Shown here: one piece after another, positions 1 to 37,505 of the stretch
How positions within the stretch are numbered: the stretch's first letter is position 1
How the letters are laid out: each line of letters opens with the position of its first letter
Origin: Lingula anatina
Taxonomy: Eukaryota; Animalia; Brachiopoda
DNA length: 64,000 nucleotides
Assembly: GCA_051362555.1 (NCBI GenBank)
Contig: CM120649.1
Coordinates: 2,170,001-2,234,000, forward strand
Direction of reading: 5' to 3'
Position numbers and translations under genes: made by a program
Notes under the pieces: generated by a model
What the model saw: only the letters and a program-made list of their open reading frames with translations
The model's database searches: none
What the model was told of the DNA's origin: nothing

Positions 1-194
1 TCTAGATATTTCGGTGCTGTATTTTGTACCTTTACTAATACATCTTTTGAAGTAAGAATTTGACATTTTCTGCATTGATTGTATTAGCTGACATTCACAG
101 GTGTAAACTTTGATGATATGGTTATTGTGTCAAACTAGTTTGTGAGAATAAAAAAAAAGTACCAAAATAACAAATACACCATTCACATTTCAAG

Positions 195-1260
195 GGTGAG
201 TTTCAAACCCAGAAAGAGGCTGCGTGGGCAATCAGCAACCTTACAATAAGCGGGCGTAAGGATCAGGTGGCGTACGTGGTGCAGCAAGGCGTAATACCGC
301 CATTTTGTAACCTGATGACGGTGAAGGAGCTACAGGTGATCCAGGTGGTCCTTGACGGCATTAACAACATCCTCAAGATGGCAGGAGATGACACGGAGAG
401 GATTTGTAACGAGATAGAGGGGTGCGGAGGTGCGTTACCAACTTAAAGGAATTTTTTTTTTTTGCTTCTGAATCGGTGTTCTTGTTTTTATTAGTCCCAA
501 AGTAGCATTGGTTCTTCTATTGCTAATTTTGTAGATTTGTTAGCTTTTTGTTTCAGTTTCTAATGTGATTGACTCATTCTGAAAATCTTATTGTCATATT
601 TTATGAATATTGTTTACCTGCAATTCAGAGTAGCTTAATACAATTCATTCAAACTTTGAATTAAGTGATATTAAATGATGACTAATTTAAGTGATTAAAT
701 GGATTAAAGTGATATTTGTGTGCTCAAGTCAACATAATTTTCAACAACAGTATATGCCTATCTATTTTTCAAAAATCAGAAATATGATTTTCTTTCTTTT
801 TAGGGTTGGATAAAATTGAGTCATTGCAAAACCATGAAAATGAAGAAATTTATAAACTAGCATATGAAATCATTGATCAGTACTTCTCTGGGGACGTGAG
901 TATACTTTATTTTCTAACATAAAAGTAAAATTATCAAAAATAAAGGCACAGTGATGGCAAAGTGATGAAGGTGATGCATGTATCTACAGTAGCATTGACA
1001 GTGCTCAGAAAAAGGGGAAATTGACTTTTTGTGCATGTGGTTTGAATAAGTATAATTAAATGTCTTAGTACGGAGATTGTATGTAGTCAGTTGTGTCTCT
1101 TAATCTCCATTGGAAACGGACATTAAGACAGAATTTGAGAACCTTTGATTTTTTCCACCCACAGATCGACGAAGACCCAAACGTGGTACCCGAGGCCTCA
1201 GGCGAAGGCTTCCAGTTCGATCCCAATGCCAAGATACCATCAGAGGGGTTTCAATTCTAA
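195..1260 (+). CDS. KPNA3/KPNA4: Importin subunit alpha (alpha-3/KPNA3-4 clade), last three coding exons: 195-429, 804-895, 1165-1260; 5' part lies outside the window
   Basis: Spliced translation [41 protein letters not shown]...[63 protein letters not shown] matches the last ARM repeats and C-terminus of importin alpha. GT-AG introns with consistent phases (1, 0). A long 3' UTR probably runs to the AATAAA cluster near 3878-3890. Confidence 0.95.
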
Positions 1261-4200
1261 AGGATTGGAAACAACATATCAGAGGGCATTGTTGAAGTGT
1301 TAGATGAAGAGAAAGAAGAAAAGAAAGAATGAATGGGTGGATGAAAATGAATGAATGGATGAAAATGGCAGACATATCCTATTCAATATTTTTTCACCAT
1401 GAAAAGAAGGGAGAAAATCAGCTCCTGTCTTAAAACAAGATCTCACCCGTGGATTAATAGGATAATTATTTTACCATGGGAAGAGACAAAAGGAAGAATT
1501 CATTGTTCGTGAATTTTACCATTATCTAAAGTGGAGGAGTTTGGTTTTGATTCAACTGAGTTGCAATCAATTATAAATGAATACAGAACCCAGTCAATAG
1601 ATTTCCTTGTGAAGAGCTAATAAGTTGAAGTACAAGAGGGAAATGAGTTCAGCATCTTTTTATGTCTCAATGCTAAGACAAAATGGAGCACAGAATTTTC
1701 GACTGATTTCAACTGACCTATTCAACTGATGTGTTGAGTGAGTGATAATGTGTTGAGCGACAGTAAAAAAAAAAAAAAGGATGGCTTTGTTATTCTGATC
1801 AGGAGGTGTCAGTGTGGACAAAAACTGATTGACTCGGTTTAACAGGCTTATGATAACATGTGTTCCTTCCCAAATGTGTTACTGTGAGGATGATGGAGTG
1901 CAAGAATGACTGGTTTTTGAGATGTGGGTTGCAAGGGTGAGAGAAGCAACACAAACACGGCACAAGCCAGTGCACATGCAAACACACATTACGGGCCAGC
2001 CTTTGGTCTTTCAGTTTAAAATACAAGACAAAGCTTGTGATTGCTTTCCTGCTGTCAGAAGAATTGCTTAAGTGTAAACTCATTTTAGTAAGGTTTCATA
2101 AGCCATTACTGAGTGAAAAATGCAAGAAAAAAAGAATTGATAGCAAAAGATTACGAACAGCTATTGAAGAAAATAATTTTTTTTTATTTTTTAATTTTGA
2201 AAAAATATTATAAAATGTATGAGAATGAAGTCTGGTTACTTCTTTCAGCTTGGTTTTAATGACCTTAAAAAGGTGATGTATTTTGAAGAGTTAAATTTAT
2301 TAATAATGTGAGGAGAGAAGTGTCGACCTTGACCTTGCAGGGTCCAAAGGTCAACCCCTCATTTCTCCACAGTTTGGTTGAAACGAATTTACATCCAAAC
2401 ATTTAGTTTTGCTTCTAGTCGGTGGTTGCTTTGATGAATGTGGTTTGATTTTTTTTGTCAACAAAAGCAAAAGTGATAAATCTTTATACAATACAAAACC
2501 CTCATAGGTCAGAAGTATGCAGATTAATAAGGATGTCTCAGTTTTGTTTGACTGAGACCCATATGATAGCCAAGAGAAGTAACTGAGTGTCAAAGAGTTA
2601 ACAGGACAAGTTTGCCATGAATATTGATCATGCTTACCTAGCGAACATGCACTTGGTGTTACTGAACTCATTTCTAAGAAAAAGAGCATATTTCCCTAAG
2701 CCTCACAGTTTTCTCACAGTTCTTTGTAAAGATTTTACGAAAATGATCTTTGCAGAGAGAGGATTTAGCTCAGAAATTTTAAATAACTCAGATTAATAAA
2801 TTTTTCATTAAAAAAAAGGGAAAAGAGGTGGAGGTGTAAGTCCTGTGAGTAAGTATGGGGCGAGGGTTAAAATAATTTTACGAGGAATCTTTTAAACATA
2901 CCTGCAGGTTTCACTCAAAATGTGTGGCATTTAATTACTGTCAGTAGTTCCCTGTCATCATTGTCAGTTTCAGTGAACTTTTTTTCTATCACCATTTTTA
3001 TGGTCAAACCCTTGCAATTGTGGACACAAGCTTTGCTCTTTTACATGGGATGTTTGCTGCATTGTATGTAATATACCAGTGCTGGGAAACAGCCATGCTG
3101 CTCTTAGCATTGCCAGTTTTTTTGTGTTCATGAGAACCTGCATAAGATAATACACGTATATAGTATTAGCTATCCAAACTGGGTCATTTTAATTCAGGGC
3201 TGCTTGTATTGGATACAAGTACAAACATTGATAAAATTGTCTTTTTTTTTTTTTTTTGTGCTTCCATTGGGTGCAGGCTGTAAATGGCAGTGTAACCCTT
3301 CATGCCAATTAGGCATTAATTTAAACTTTTTTTTCTGAAAAAAAATGTCCTCATTTGAGGGATTTTGTAGATATTTACTTTCTAAGTTTAAGATGGCCCA
3401 GGATGGTGAAATAATTATTCGTTCTTGTAGTACTCTTAAGATAGAAAGAAATAAAAGCTCAAGTGCATGCTTGGTGCCTGTTTTTGTGCACAAGTTTTGA
3501 ATTATGTCAAAATTTAAAAATATAATGATGATAATTGGTGTTCATATTTCAGCACCTGTTGTGTACAAAAAATAGGGTGCCAGGCATGTTATATAAATAT
3601 AGTCCTTATACGTATATATAGAGATTAAACACAATAACATTTTCAGCTTCAAAGCCAAATTGTTTTTAAGGGTGCAGTTGTTAGAGGATGGCATTTTAAA
3701 GATGAAAAATGTTAATTTTAATACTTATTTATACAAACAAAAATCACAAGGGTCCCCTTTACTATTAGTAAAGGGATATGTAAATTTCTTGAATAACCAA
3801 GTCCTCTACCAGGTTCAATTTGTAATCAAATTGTTTAAAAATTAAAGAATTTGGCTGTAAAATATGTACAGAACAAAAATAAATAAAATAAGATTTGGCC
3901 AACTTAAAATTGGCTGAGTCTTGAACTCGCTATAATCGTGTTTGTTGTTAGTTCCTTAAAATTTAACTTTCTCAAAATCAAAATTAAATTGAGCGTCAAC
4001 AAGTAAATACAGTTATATTTGCATTACTACTAGTCCTTCATTTTTATGGAATACAGTAGTAATGCTCATCTTTAATTGAGTATGCCATGTTGGGAGAAGG
4101 CACACGCTTCCTTCACAAGGTGAGCAAACAAGACATTTTACGAGCGATTATTTCGATTCACCTGAAAGTGATAATTTTCACTTTTTATCAGACGTTTCAA

Positions 4201-4444
4201 ATTCTCATAAAAATTTATCTTGGAAGCACGGAAAAACTGGTTTCCACCATTTTGTCCAAGCCACATGATCGTGATTAACCAATGAACAAACATTTGTCAA
4301 AGTGGAGTGCGCATGAGTAATTCATATCACATCGAGGCTCTGGACGTGGCGAGTTGAATGCTGAGGGGGTACTACTAAAAAAGATCGGATTTTTAATGAA
4401 AAAAAGACTTTGGTGATCTAAACATAAACTAGAACAAAAGAAAA

Positions 4445-27761
<23,317 letters not shown>

Positions 27762-29896
27762 CTGAATGTAAAGAGACTTCTCATTGGATGTTCATGTGAA
27801 ATCTGAATGAAAACTGTGTCATGATTGGTTCCATCCAACAAACTGCTATTTTGGTGGTGTTCTTTTGTTAAAAAGGGATTTCATGGGATGTTTTTTTGTG
27901 ATATCTGTATGAAAATTGGGTTAAGATTGGTTCCAACACTTTCTTTTTGTATTGTAAGAAGGCATTTCATTGGAGGTTCGTATACGTTGATGGGTGTATT
28001 ATTGGGCTTTTCAGACAGTATGAAAAATAATCAGATTATCTTCATGGTCATAGAACTTTATATGTAAAACAGCCAGAGAATGCAGTTTAAATAAGAAACA
28101 AAAGTATTTTTGTTTTTACGTGCTCATTTCAAACCAGATTGCCTTATATTTACAGGTAGAAAAAAAATAAAGGACCAAATATTTTTAAAGTTATTTACCT
28201 TGTGCAGAAGTGCTTATTCTGGTAAATTACCACTTGATGGTACTTGCAATAGAAAAGAGGCAGTTTTTTTCAGTGATACGCTTCCTATATATCAAGTATT
28301 TAAATCTCTCCAGCTCACTGGTGGCATTTCATAATGTCACTCTATTTATTTTTCATTAGAAAGTTTATTTTGAGTGCTTCTAGGAAATACGTTAGATGTT
28401 AAAATAACAACTTGGCATATCCCAGAAGTATGTTCACATCTTGTGGTATATAATCTTTAAATAACATGAAAAGTAACATGACGATTCTTAAATGATATGA
28501 AAAGTAAATGTCAGAAAAGGAAATCCGTTTCTGATAGGGTTCATATCTATATAAAAATTATTTCACAGTATTTATTGATTGTAATATAGCATACCCACTG
28601 TTGGGAATGTGTCATTAATGTGTTTGGCAGAGGTTATGTCACGCCAGCTGCAAGCTGTTCTGAGGGTTTTTTGGGGAGAAGAAGAGGGGGGAACCATTTT
28701 TGGGGTTGTTCAATATGTAAATATCGTGTATAGAGGATGCATTTAACGAAAAAATTGTTTTTTTATATGAAACTTCAAAGAGATTTACCAAATGTCCATA
28801 ATTAGTGATATAGATAGGTATGATAAAGTAGAATGACGAGTTGAGTCTGGAAGAAAATACAGCACAGAAGTAGGCTGGTAAAAAAAAAAGAACCGCCTTT
28901 GGTGTTATGCTTTGTAAAATAACTGAAGCTGAGCATATTTGCATTATCTGTAACATCCTGCCACCCTTGTGATAATTTTTTTTCTCAATTAATAGACTAA
29001 TTTTGCTTGCATTATCTCTTCCCCACACATGACGAATGCAAAACACGGCAGTGACGCCATCTTTTATTGGCTGACATTGCGTTTCGTTTGGTGCCAACGC
29101 AGTGACCTAGATCTCAATGTGGGTCGTTTCAATCTAGGTCATCGCAATGACCTCGAACTAATCTGGGTTATGATTGGGTTATGAAAGATGGCGTTACCAG
29201 ATCCTCGCCATTCCCTGTTGCTCTTCAGATACTTGGTATGGAAAATAAGATGGATCTTGGTTTATACTTACTGCACAGATTTGGTTTTTGGACATGTAAA
29301 CCTCGAAGATATTATAAGGTGCTTGTAAACTTTGAAGTCATACTTGTATGTAGTGGAAATAAAACGTCATAATATTTGCATGACCGTCTTTCTTTTTCTT
29401 CTGAGTTAATGATTTTGCATGTGTGTCGATTTTCGTCCTTATTTTGTACCCTACCGGATGTAAGTGTAAAAAGGAATGAAAAATATGAATGAGCATCGCA
29501 TGTTTTGAAAGACGTGACTTACTGTGACCCTTTATCTTTTATGATCCCCTTTTCTGAATAATTGGAATAGCGAGGAATAACAGCCACCATCCTTTACTTT
29601 AATTTCACAATTTATAGTGTTCCGTAGAACGTTGCCTCTCTCAAAGTTTAATTATTTAAATAAAACCTTTATGAAACTGGGAAAATTGAAAGTGAGTATA
29701 TCCTCTCTTAATGGCTTTCGTTACTCCAAACTTGGCTGAAGTATGAGGCTTTATTCATTTACTAATTTATTTATTTTCAGAATTTTAATTTACAAGAATC
29801 GGTGAAACGAACTTTTTCGAGGGGGGACTTGTTTTGCCTTTATTTTTTCCTTTTTCCAAAAGAAGCTTTGCAAATTTCCTTAACCCTATCTCTCAG

Positions 29897-29961
29897 CCCC
29901 AATTGAGCTAAAATCTCCAGAACCAACGGAACTGGACCAAGAAGGAGGCTGTTCCTGCTGA
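29897..29961 (+). CDS. RAB6: Rab6 alternative terminal exon 8c, tail TPIELKSPEPTELDQEGGCSC* (207-aa isoform)
   Basis: TTTCCTTAAC at 29875-29884 and CAG ending at 29896. In frame, ends EGGCSC-stop like vertebrate Rab6 tails. AATAAA at 30027. Confidence 0.9.
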
Positions 29962-32900
29962 TGTAAACCCACATATGATTGGATGATTGCTACATTTACC
30001 CTAATTGGTGGAGACATTTGACTCTAAATAAAATTGATTGGATCGAAAAATCACAAAAAAAGTCATCAATAACACTGATTGGCCAGCATGAAACATTACT
30101 GTAACCAATGAGATGGCCCGTACTATACTGTTTCCATGGTAATGTTAGTCTGTGGCTTAATATCGCTGTAGACCAATTGGTGTTCTGTATGACACTGGAC
30201 TTCAAGACTGTTGATATATGTAACGCTACATTCACACGGATCACCAGTTGAGGTGATCCGGTTCCAGATCCGGTATTTTGCAAATATAATTATGTTACTA
30301 TTCATGATGCTCTACAAGTAAGCGCACTTTGGCACGTTCAGCTAAGACCAAGAAAACTGATTGCAGTCATTCATGCGTTGATTCCTGTAGCCTATATTGT
30401 GGATGCTGAGTACAGAATGCAATCAGTTTTCTTTCGTCGCTGTGTGTGTCTGCACGGCAGAGGATCGGAACTGAAGCTCAACAGGTTCGACCCGTGTGAA
30501 CGAAGCCAAAGATGTAAGAAATGTCAAAGCTTGGCAGGATCTCAAAGATTCCCAGTATATTAGTGTAAATACAGATATAGTTCTCTTAAGTATAGCTTTT
30601 CTACATTGTATAGCAAGGGCGTGATACCAAACGTGGAACTATATCTGTGTATGGATCCAACGTTAATTAGCAAATAGTTCGTGTGTTAGGTTTGTAGCAA
30701 ATGTTAGTTTTCCTTCATCTTCTTCCTACATGTACAAGAGACATGGCCAGATAGGCTTGGAAAAAGCTCTGAATTATTTGAGATTACACTTATGTCCATA
30801 TAATATAGTTACAGCTATTGCCGCCAACGATAGAAATGATAGGCAATTGTTACAGATGTCAAATCTAGTTATTACAAAGCGTAATGTCGAAATGCGCACC
30901 CTTAAGGTGTGACAGTACTGAACAGTATATATATATATATTTATGCGACAAAATGGAAATGGACTGGGAGAACCAGACGAATCAATTATTCCCAAGGCCA
31001 CGCCCCTAACCCCACGTGGTCAGAACACCCCCAGCTGGTTCTCAGAACCAGAGGCCAGCTTTGGGATGAAGTCAAGTTCATACATAAATTCTTGATCACC
31101 TTTACATCATGCTAAAAAAACTGCTGTTAATACATTGATGCTGTACTCTAGACTATTGCATAGCAGCAAAATTAATTCAACAGCGTTTGTTTATTTTTAT
31201 TTATTTTTTTTTATTTATTATTAAAGCGAGTAGCTTCTTTAGATTTTGAACCAAAAAATGTCACCTTTACCCCCCCCCCCTCCCTTTCAAAAAAAAAACA
31301 AATGTTCGAGCGACGATTTTTTTATCCAGTGTTAGTTAAATTTTATTAGCTCGATTCGTGTAAATTATGTTAATGTTGAATACATGTCTCAAATACAGAC
31401 ACGGTAAATATCATTTAAAACGTAATTTAAGGCATGTATATGTGTACCCTTTGAAACATTTCATTGAGATTAGAGCGGAGCTAAAGTGGGTTCACACTGG
31501 CAGGAACAGAATAGACGCAGAAGCGATTTGCTCGACATCCTTTTTCATATCACAAGATTAAGAAAAGTCATCCACAAAGCAAGGGATAACCTAATCTAAA
31601 CGCTTCCTACCGTCGCCTAAGCTCAAAAACTTTACTTAAAGGCGTTTTGTAAAACAAACCAGCACCCGTTCCGTTGATCTGTGGTGTTAACAGCTTTAAG
31701 TCTGGCGTTGGTGTAATATTTGAGTAATAATGGTCCTCTTCCAGACATAGATGTATCGATTTTTATTATCATAGCACGATTCATGTTACCAGCTGCGTCT
31801 GGGCAAAGATCGTCTGCTGCTTTACAAGGTTTGGTTTTATCGAAAGAATTTGGATCGTTGATTTAAAGTCTGAGGTTTATTGTTTAATTTTAGCTGAGAT
31901 TTATTAACAGAATTCCATTTTAAGTGCAGTTTTCCAAAAAGCAAGGTATAGGTTGTGTGTAAGATTAAATTAATGGGTCTTAGTCTCTTAGAGTTTGGGC
32001 AAACAAAAGCCCCGTCGAAAAGGACCCGGAGAAAGAAAAGGATGCAACCACAGAGTGAAAAAACTGCGATCGAATTTATTGACCGTCAACCCCCCGAGTA
32101 CTCAATTTCATAGTTTTTCTTATAAAACCATATAGTTAATAAGAAGTCTGTTGCAATTTTATGGATTAATTTGTTTAAGCAATTCACATTGGCTTGCCAT
32201 TTTGTTTTCAGAAAACATTTGCCTAGATTTAAAGATTGTCAAAATATTTCACCTCTCGTCACAGCCCAGAAGCCGGGTGTGCTCCCCTACCACCCCTACC
32301 CCCACCCCCTCCAGTTCCCTGCCCTCACTCGCCCAATGTTCTATTCTGTTCTGTTAGGGAACAGCTCAAGACACATTCATTAAACGCAGATGAAGAAGTA
32401 ATGTTCTGTAGATGGGTTCCCAAGAAAAACCACTATGTTGTATTGTGTCATTGTTTTGAGAAATAATAAATATAAGTTGCTGGTCTTTAGTTTGTTTGTT
32501 TGTTTGTATTTTATCAGCGGTGGTCATGTAAACTTAAAAAAAAAAAAAAGAACGAGGGTTCACTTTCAGCATCTGCCACTGAGTGTCGCCACGTGCTGGT
32601 AAGTACCATAAAGTGTCGCCACCTGACGGAAAGTGTCCCTCAGTGACGCGTGATTAAAGCACAACAGCTGCCCAGGAGCCGATATCACAGGAGGGTCTAA
32701 CATGGAAAGCTGATCTTTGCCCCTTGGATCTTCTTGGCCATAGACTGCGGACATTTCTGAAAATTATTATAGTGTTAGGCCTACAGACTTTTCTCCCATG
32801 CAGACTGATTAAAGTCCCTTATATTGTCGAGTTGCCAGAACGCTAGCCCTGCGATGTTCTTTCCTATGAAATTTCTTTTTTTACAGAAATGCATTCATTA

Positions 32901-33939
32901 TTGGCCATATTAGTAAAATCAGCTCGGTTGTTTCTTCCGAGACAGTGAGCGTTAGGCCCCCTATTTATATGATAATAGAAAAAACGGGAAAGTCCACAGA
33001 TATATTTCGTTTGGTGCTCTAAGCGTGTTACTTTCATACAAGATAAAAACGGTCGTAAAAATACATAATTAAAAAGCTGCAAAATCAGTCCATTTCTGGT
33101 AAAATTGGTCCATTGTTTCTTCTTGATGTAACAAAAAGCATAGGCCTACAGATGGATCCTCTCGTTTCTGCAGCAAAATGCATGGTAACGGATTTGAGGT
33201 TAAAATACTGCACAGTGGAAAGCTATGCGCAAATATAAAAGCAATCAAAATGTTCATAGCCATTATTCAGCAACAAAACTCTCCATTTCGTCGAAAATTA
33301 ATCATACAAGTACAAATTGCATGAAAAAAACGTTTATTTAATTTCGTCTCACCAGGGGCGCTGCAGTCAGCTTTTGTTTACAATAGCGCAAAGCATTGTG
33401 GTATACCGCAACTCGCGATTCCTAGTGACGCTAGTGTTGAGACTTGTATCTACGTTTCAAGTTGATTATTTGCCTATATCATTGTTAAAGGTATGTATTA
33501 TTAAAGCATATTCATATAATTTAAGTACAGCTTCTTCTCTGTACGAAATATTGAGGCTTAATAGTACCGAAAATTCATGGGAATTGTTTAATCGTAGTCT
33601 GTCGAAATTTTCCGTCGCCATGCAGCCGCGTCAGTGTGCGACTTCTTCTTGGTTCATTTCTTCGCGAATTTACAAGATTTTGACTAAATAGATCATATCT
33701 ATCTTACTCAAAGTACTATAAATGTAACTTGAATCAATTATCATAACGCTAAAACGGAACGAATTGCCGTGGGCAGCATGAAAAGTAGTCGATTTCAGTT
33801 CGAAGATGTGCATGTTTGGACCAAAGTATAAATTGTATGAAAATGTTAAGATTTAATGGTATTAAATGGTGTATTGCAGTGTGATTGTTCGAAAACATAT
33901 TCTGTGGTAAAATAAATCGTTTGATTTTTTTCCTTGCAG

Positions 33940-36900
33940 ATTCTTGTAAGGCAATAATGCCCGAGTCAGGTAGAGATCGAGACCGTCGCCATAGGCGACA
34001 TGTGTCCAAACAGGACGACATTTGGACTTTGTAAGTCGACAATAGTGACATTCTAAGCACATGATTCACAATTTTGTTATTGGTGTAGAGATATTTAGTT
34101 TATACAGTTTCATACAAGGTACCATAGCTATCAAGTGTTTATAGTACATGTATATATGAAACATTGTTTATTAATCGGTCCATCCTTTTTATAACAAAAA
34201 TTTTAAAAAAATGTTATATAAAATCAATGCCTTTGAGTCATGTGGAATTGATTAATAACCATTTTACATTTTGTCTTGATTCCTGGCAGGCTTCCTTACA
34301 TTGTACCAGAAGAGCACATCTCTTTCATTGCTGACATGAAGAAAGAGTTTGAAAACTGTGCAAAAAAAGGTAAAAATAAAAACAATGACACACACGCACA
34401 CACACACACGCACTGTTCAACAAATTCACATCTTTTCTGTTTAAATTTCTTTGCTCTCTTCAGTACTTTGCTTTGTCTATTTTCAAATCCTGCTTGTTTG
34501 CTTTTGTTTCCTTTAAAAAATCACTTTCCACTGTTCTTTACCCTTCTGTGCATTGCTCTTTTTCTTTATTATTATTATTATTATTATTATTTGTTTATTT
34601 ATTTATTTATTTAGCCTTTCTGTTTGTCATTTTCTGTTCTTTCTGTTACTTTCTCACCAAAACAGACCAAACAGTGTCAAGCACTAAGCTGCCAGAGGTA
34701 GCAAAATTCCCTCAGCTTACAGGAAAACCAGCAGCTAATAACACTGCTTCATACACCAAAACTCCTTTTCCTGTGAGTGGATTAACTGGGAATATTCTTT
34801 ATAGTAGTATTTTCGTGGATTGGTTTATAGAATTTAAACAAAAATACAATTTTAACTCTAATTCAATAAAGATAGAAATAAAAAGATAGCCACTGAAATT
34901 CAGTTAAAAAAAAAAAGAAAAAAGAGAACATTTGTTCCATTTAAAGAGAATTTATGATAAGGTGTTGTTAAGGTGCCATTTTTAATTGGCCTTTATTAAT
35001 ATTTGCATTTTGTTCACATTAACAGGATACCCACGGACCTGAAGTTAAATGGAAAGGTGGTCATCAAATTGCCACTGTGACCTACCAGAAGGGAACTGCT
35101 GCCGCAGAGGTCATCCACCTCAAATCAAGGATTCCAGGGCAAAGTATGTGGAAAGATGTATCTATATATACCATATTGGTTTAACAGCATGTTCCATTCT
35201 TCTGTTTGAAGAACATTGTTGATGTGGAGCCTTAATTTTTTCTTAGGGTGTGTTTAAAATGAAACTATAGTTCAATGTAGAACAATTCAACTCTGCGTGA
35301 ACGCTCCCTGAATGCAAACATTTCGCCAGAATAACACTTCTCCCTCTGGCATTAAGTAGGACAGGGGCTGTAGCAACAGTCTGAAGGTTCAATACATGCA
35401 AAGCTGGCATTTATACTAGTTATATCAGAGTCATTTAACCTGATTGTATTCAGCCAGAGTCCCTGAGGGTTCAACTGGAACAACCATCCTAAACACACCC
35501 TTAGTTTGAGGAAACACCGATTTCATTTTTATCTTTCTGATCTAGGTAACCCCTTGATCAAAGCTGGTTTCACCCCAGTCAATGCCCCGACTGGCACCAC
35601 TTCAGTGGTAAGAATTTTCATTTGTTGATTTAGCTCATCCTTTTTTAACTTTAATGTTTGTAATTTGTTAAATGTATGTACAGGGTTAGTAATCTAATGC
35701 AGTCATTCCTTTTGGTGAAAAAATTCTCATAATTTGTGATAGTTTACAGTTGCATTTTCTTTCAACAATAAAATAAAGCAGAAGAACATAAGAACAAAAA
35801 CATATAATAGAAGAAGAAGACAAACTAAATTTAAAACTGAGAAATCCACACTTTCCTCAGGGCCTGCACCTGCCACACCCCCCTGCAGGCAGACCAGCAC
35901 ATGGTCAGAGACACACTCCACTGAGAAGAGCCAGCATGCCCCAACCGAGGCTTCCTGAACCAGCACCAATTACCTTGAGAGGACATGGCTATGTGGCAGC
36001 TTCACTGATTCAGATGGGGTAATTACTTGTGTACTGGTTGTAAACCACATTTCAAGAAGTCTGCCATTAATGTCTGAGTTATTCACACAAGTTTTGGTTT
36101 CTTATGATAACCTATTATTAGCAATGCTTATAAGGCTTAGGTTATCATCTGATGATCATAATGGTTATTATCAAAGTCAGAAAGGGTACTTGCTTGCATA
36201 TCACTAAATTTGTCAGCCCAGGTTTTCTAAGGTCTTAGGGCGCATTCCCATAGATTTTAGATCGATCTCTCCCCATGGAGAGTCTCACTAGATTACTGTC
36301 AGATAATTCGGTTAAATGTCTGTCCTGCCTACTACAAGCTATAAGGGGGTAATTAACTTTCGTGCCCACTTGGCTGACAGCTATTTAGCGTGAACCCCCA
36401 GGAAGTTAGGTCGATCTAGTTGGATCGATCTAATCTCTGGGAAGGGGTCTAAGCTTTTAACATAAGTTGTTTCCTCTGATGATCTTTGGAGACAGAAATG
36501 TAACAAGAGGGAATGAAGACAGGTTGTACTGTATTCTTTATTTGTCCCTGAATCAACAAACAACCGTGAAACTAAAGGGAAAACAAAAAACAATAATAAA
36601 TAAATAAATAATAAATATTTCATAAAGCAATCTCATCAAACCAAATTTAAATATTATTATACAATTTCCACACAATTGTTTATAAAAGGTAGTCAATTCC
36701 TCGTTAACACAAAGCTACATACTTGTCATTTCATAAATTTGCTTGCTTTTGATAACACATTATATTGCTAACACTATTGTAACACTATTGTAAGACCAAA
36801 CAATTACTAGTAGCAACTACAGTACATTCTCTACTTTTAAACATACACTTTTAATGTAACAATAAAGTGTGAACAACATAACTTTTAAACAATAACAAAA

Positions 36901-37505
36901 ATGGCATATGCTTACTTTTTGGCTATCTTCTAAGATCTCCTAAGCTAAGGTCATGCCTGTTTCACTACTTTCAAATGTCTGCCAAATTCAGCACAGAAAA
37001 TGCTAGCAGGTCACATGGACCACTTCTAACTTATGCAAATCATAAGTGGACAGCCAGACTGAGATTGTGCTAGTTGTGCTTCTAGTACTGCCTGTGCAAT
37101 CACTGCAACTACAATCTTTTATCATTGACTTCCCTTAGCATTGCTGTCTTGTCCCAAATTTCTTAGGTCAAATCCTTTCAGGGAAGCACGATTTCTTTCC
37201 GAGTTCATAAATGTGCACTCTTATTTAATTTCAGAAACTTTATCCCCGCCCCTCCTCCTACTGCCAAACTGGCCCCCCTGAGTCAGAGTCCACTACCAAC
37301 CATGACTAAGGACAAGGCTGAGGATCTCAAACTTCCAGCCATTGATATACATGGCCAGGGCCTAACAGCTAAACCTCGGGCCAGCAAGAGGAATGGAGGT
37401 GTTGAGCATTTGGTCACAACTGTTAAGAGCCATCCTCTCAGACAGATCAGGCGCCAGACCAAAAGCAGATGCCAGGCCAAAGACAGTGCTCACAGCAACA
37501 ACTAA
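33940..37505 (+). CDS. Uncharacterised Pro/Arg/Lys-rich protein, about 289 aa from ATG 33957. Exons 33940-34030, 34290-34369, 34666-34772, 35026-35143, 35546-35607, 35861-36018, 37235-37505; true 5' end uncertain
   Basis: Six consecutive GT-AG introns with compatible phases (2,1,0,1,0,2) give a stop-free frame: MPESGRDRDRRHRRHVSKQDDIWTLLPYIVPEEHISFIADMKKEFENCAKKDQTVSSTKLPEV...DTHGPEVKWKGGHQIATVTYQKG...GLHLPHPPAGRPAHGQRHTPLRRASMPQPRLPEPAP...NFIPAPPPTAKLAPLSQSPLPTMTKDKAEDLKLPAIDIHG...AHSNN*. The exons are GC-richer than their flanks. No family recognised. Confidence 0.8.
36238..36449. mobile_element. ~210-bp MITE (Tourist/Harbinger-like), same family as 52798-53284
   Basis: Imperfect TIR (CATTCCCATAGATTTTAGATCGATCT / GATCGATCTAATCTCTGGGAA), flanked by TTA and TAA. 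The internal GCCTACT...GGGGTAATTAACT core is shared with the copies near 53 kb. Confidence 0.75.

Noticed and set aside
32264-32383. Pro-rich frame after a CAG as another Rab6 terminal exon
   Set aside because: No U12 branch motif and no terminal cysteines.
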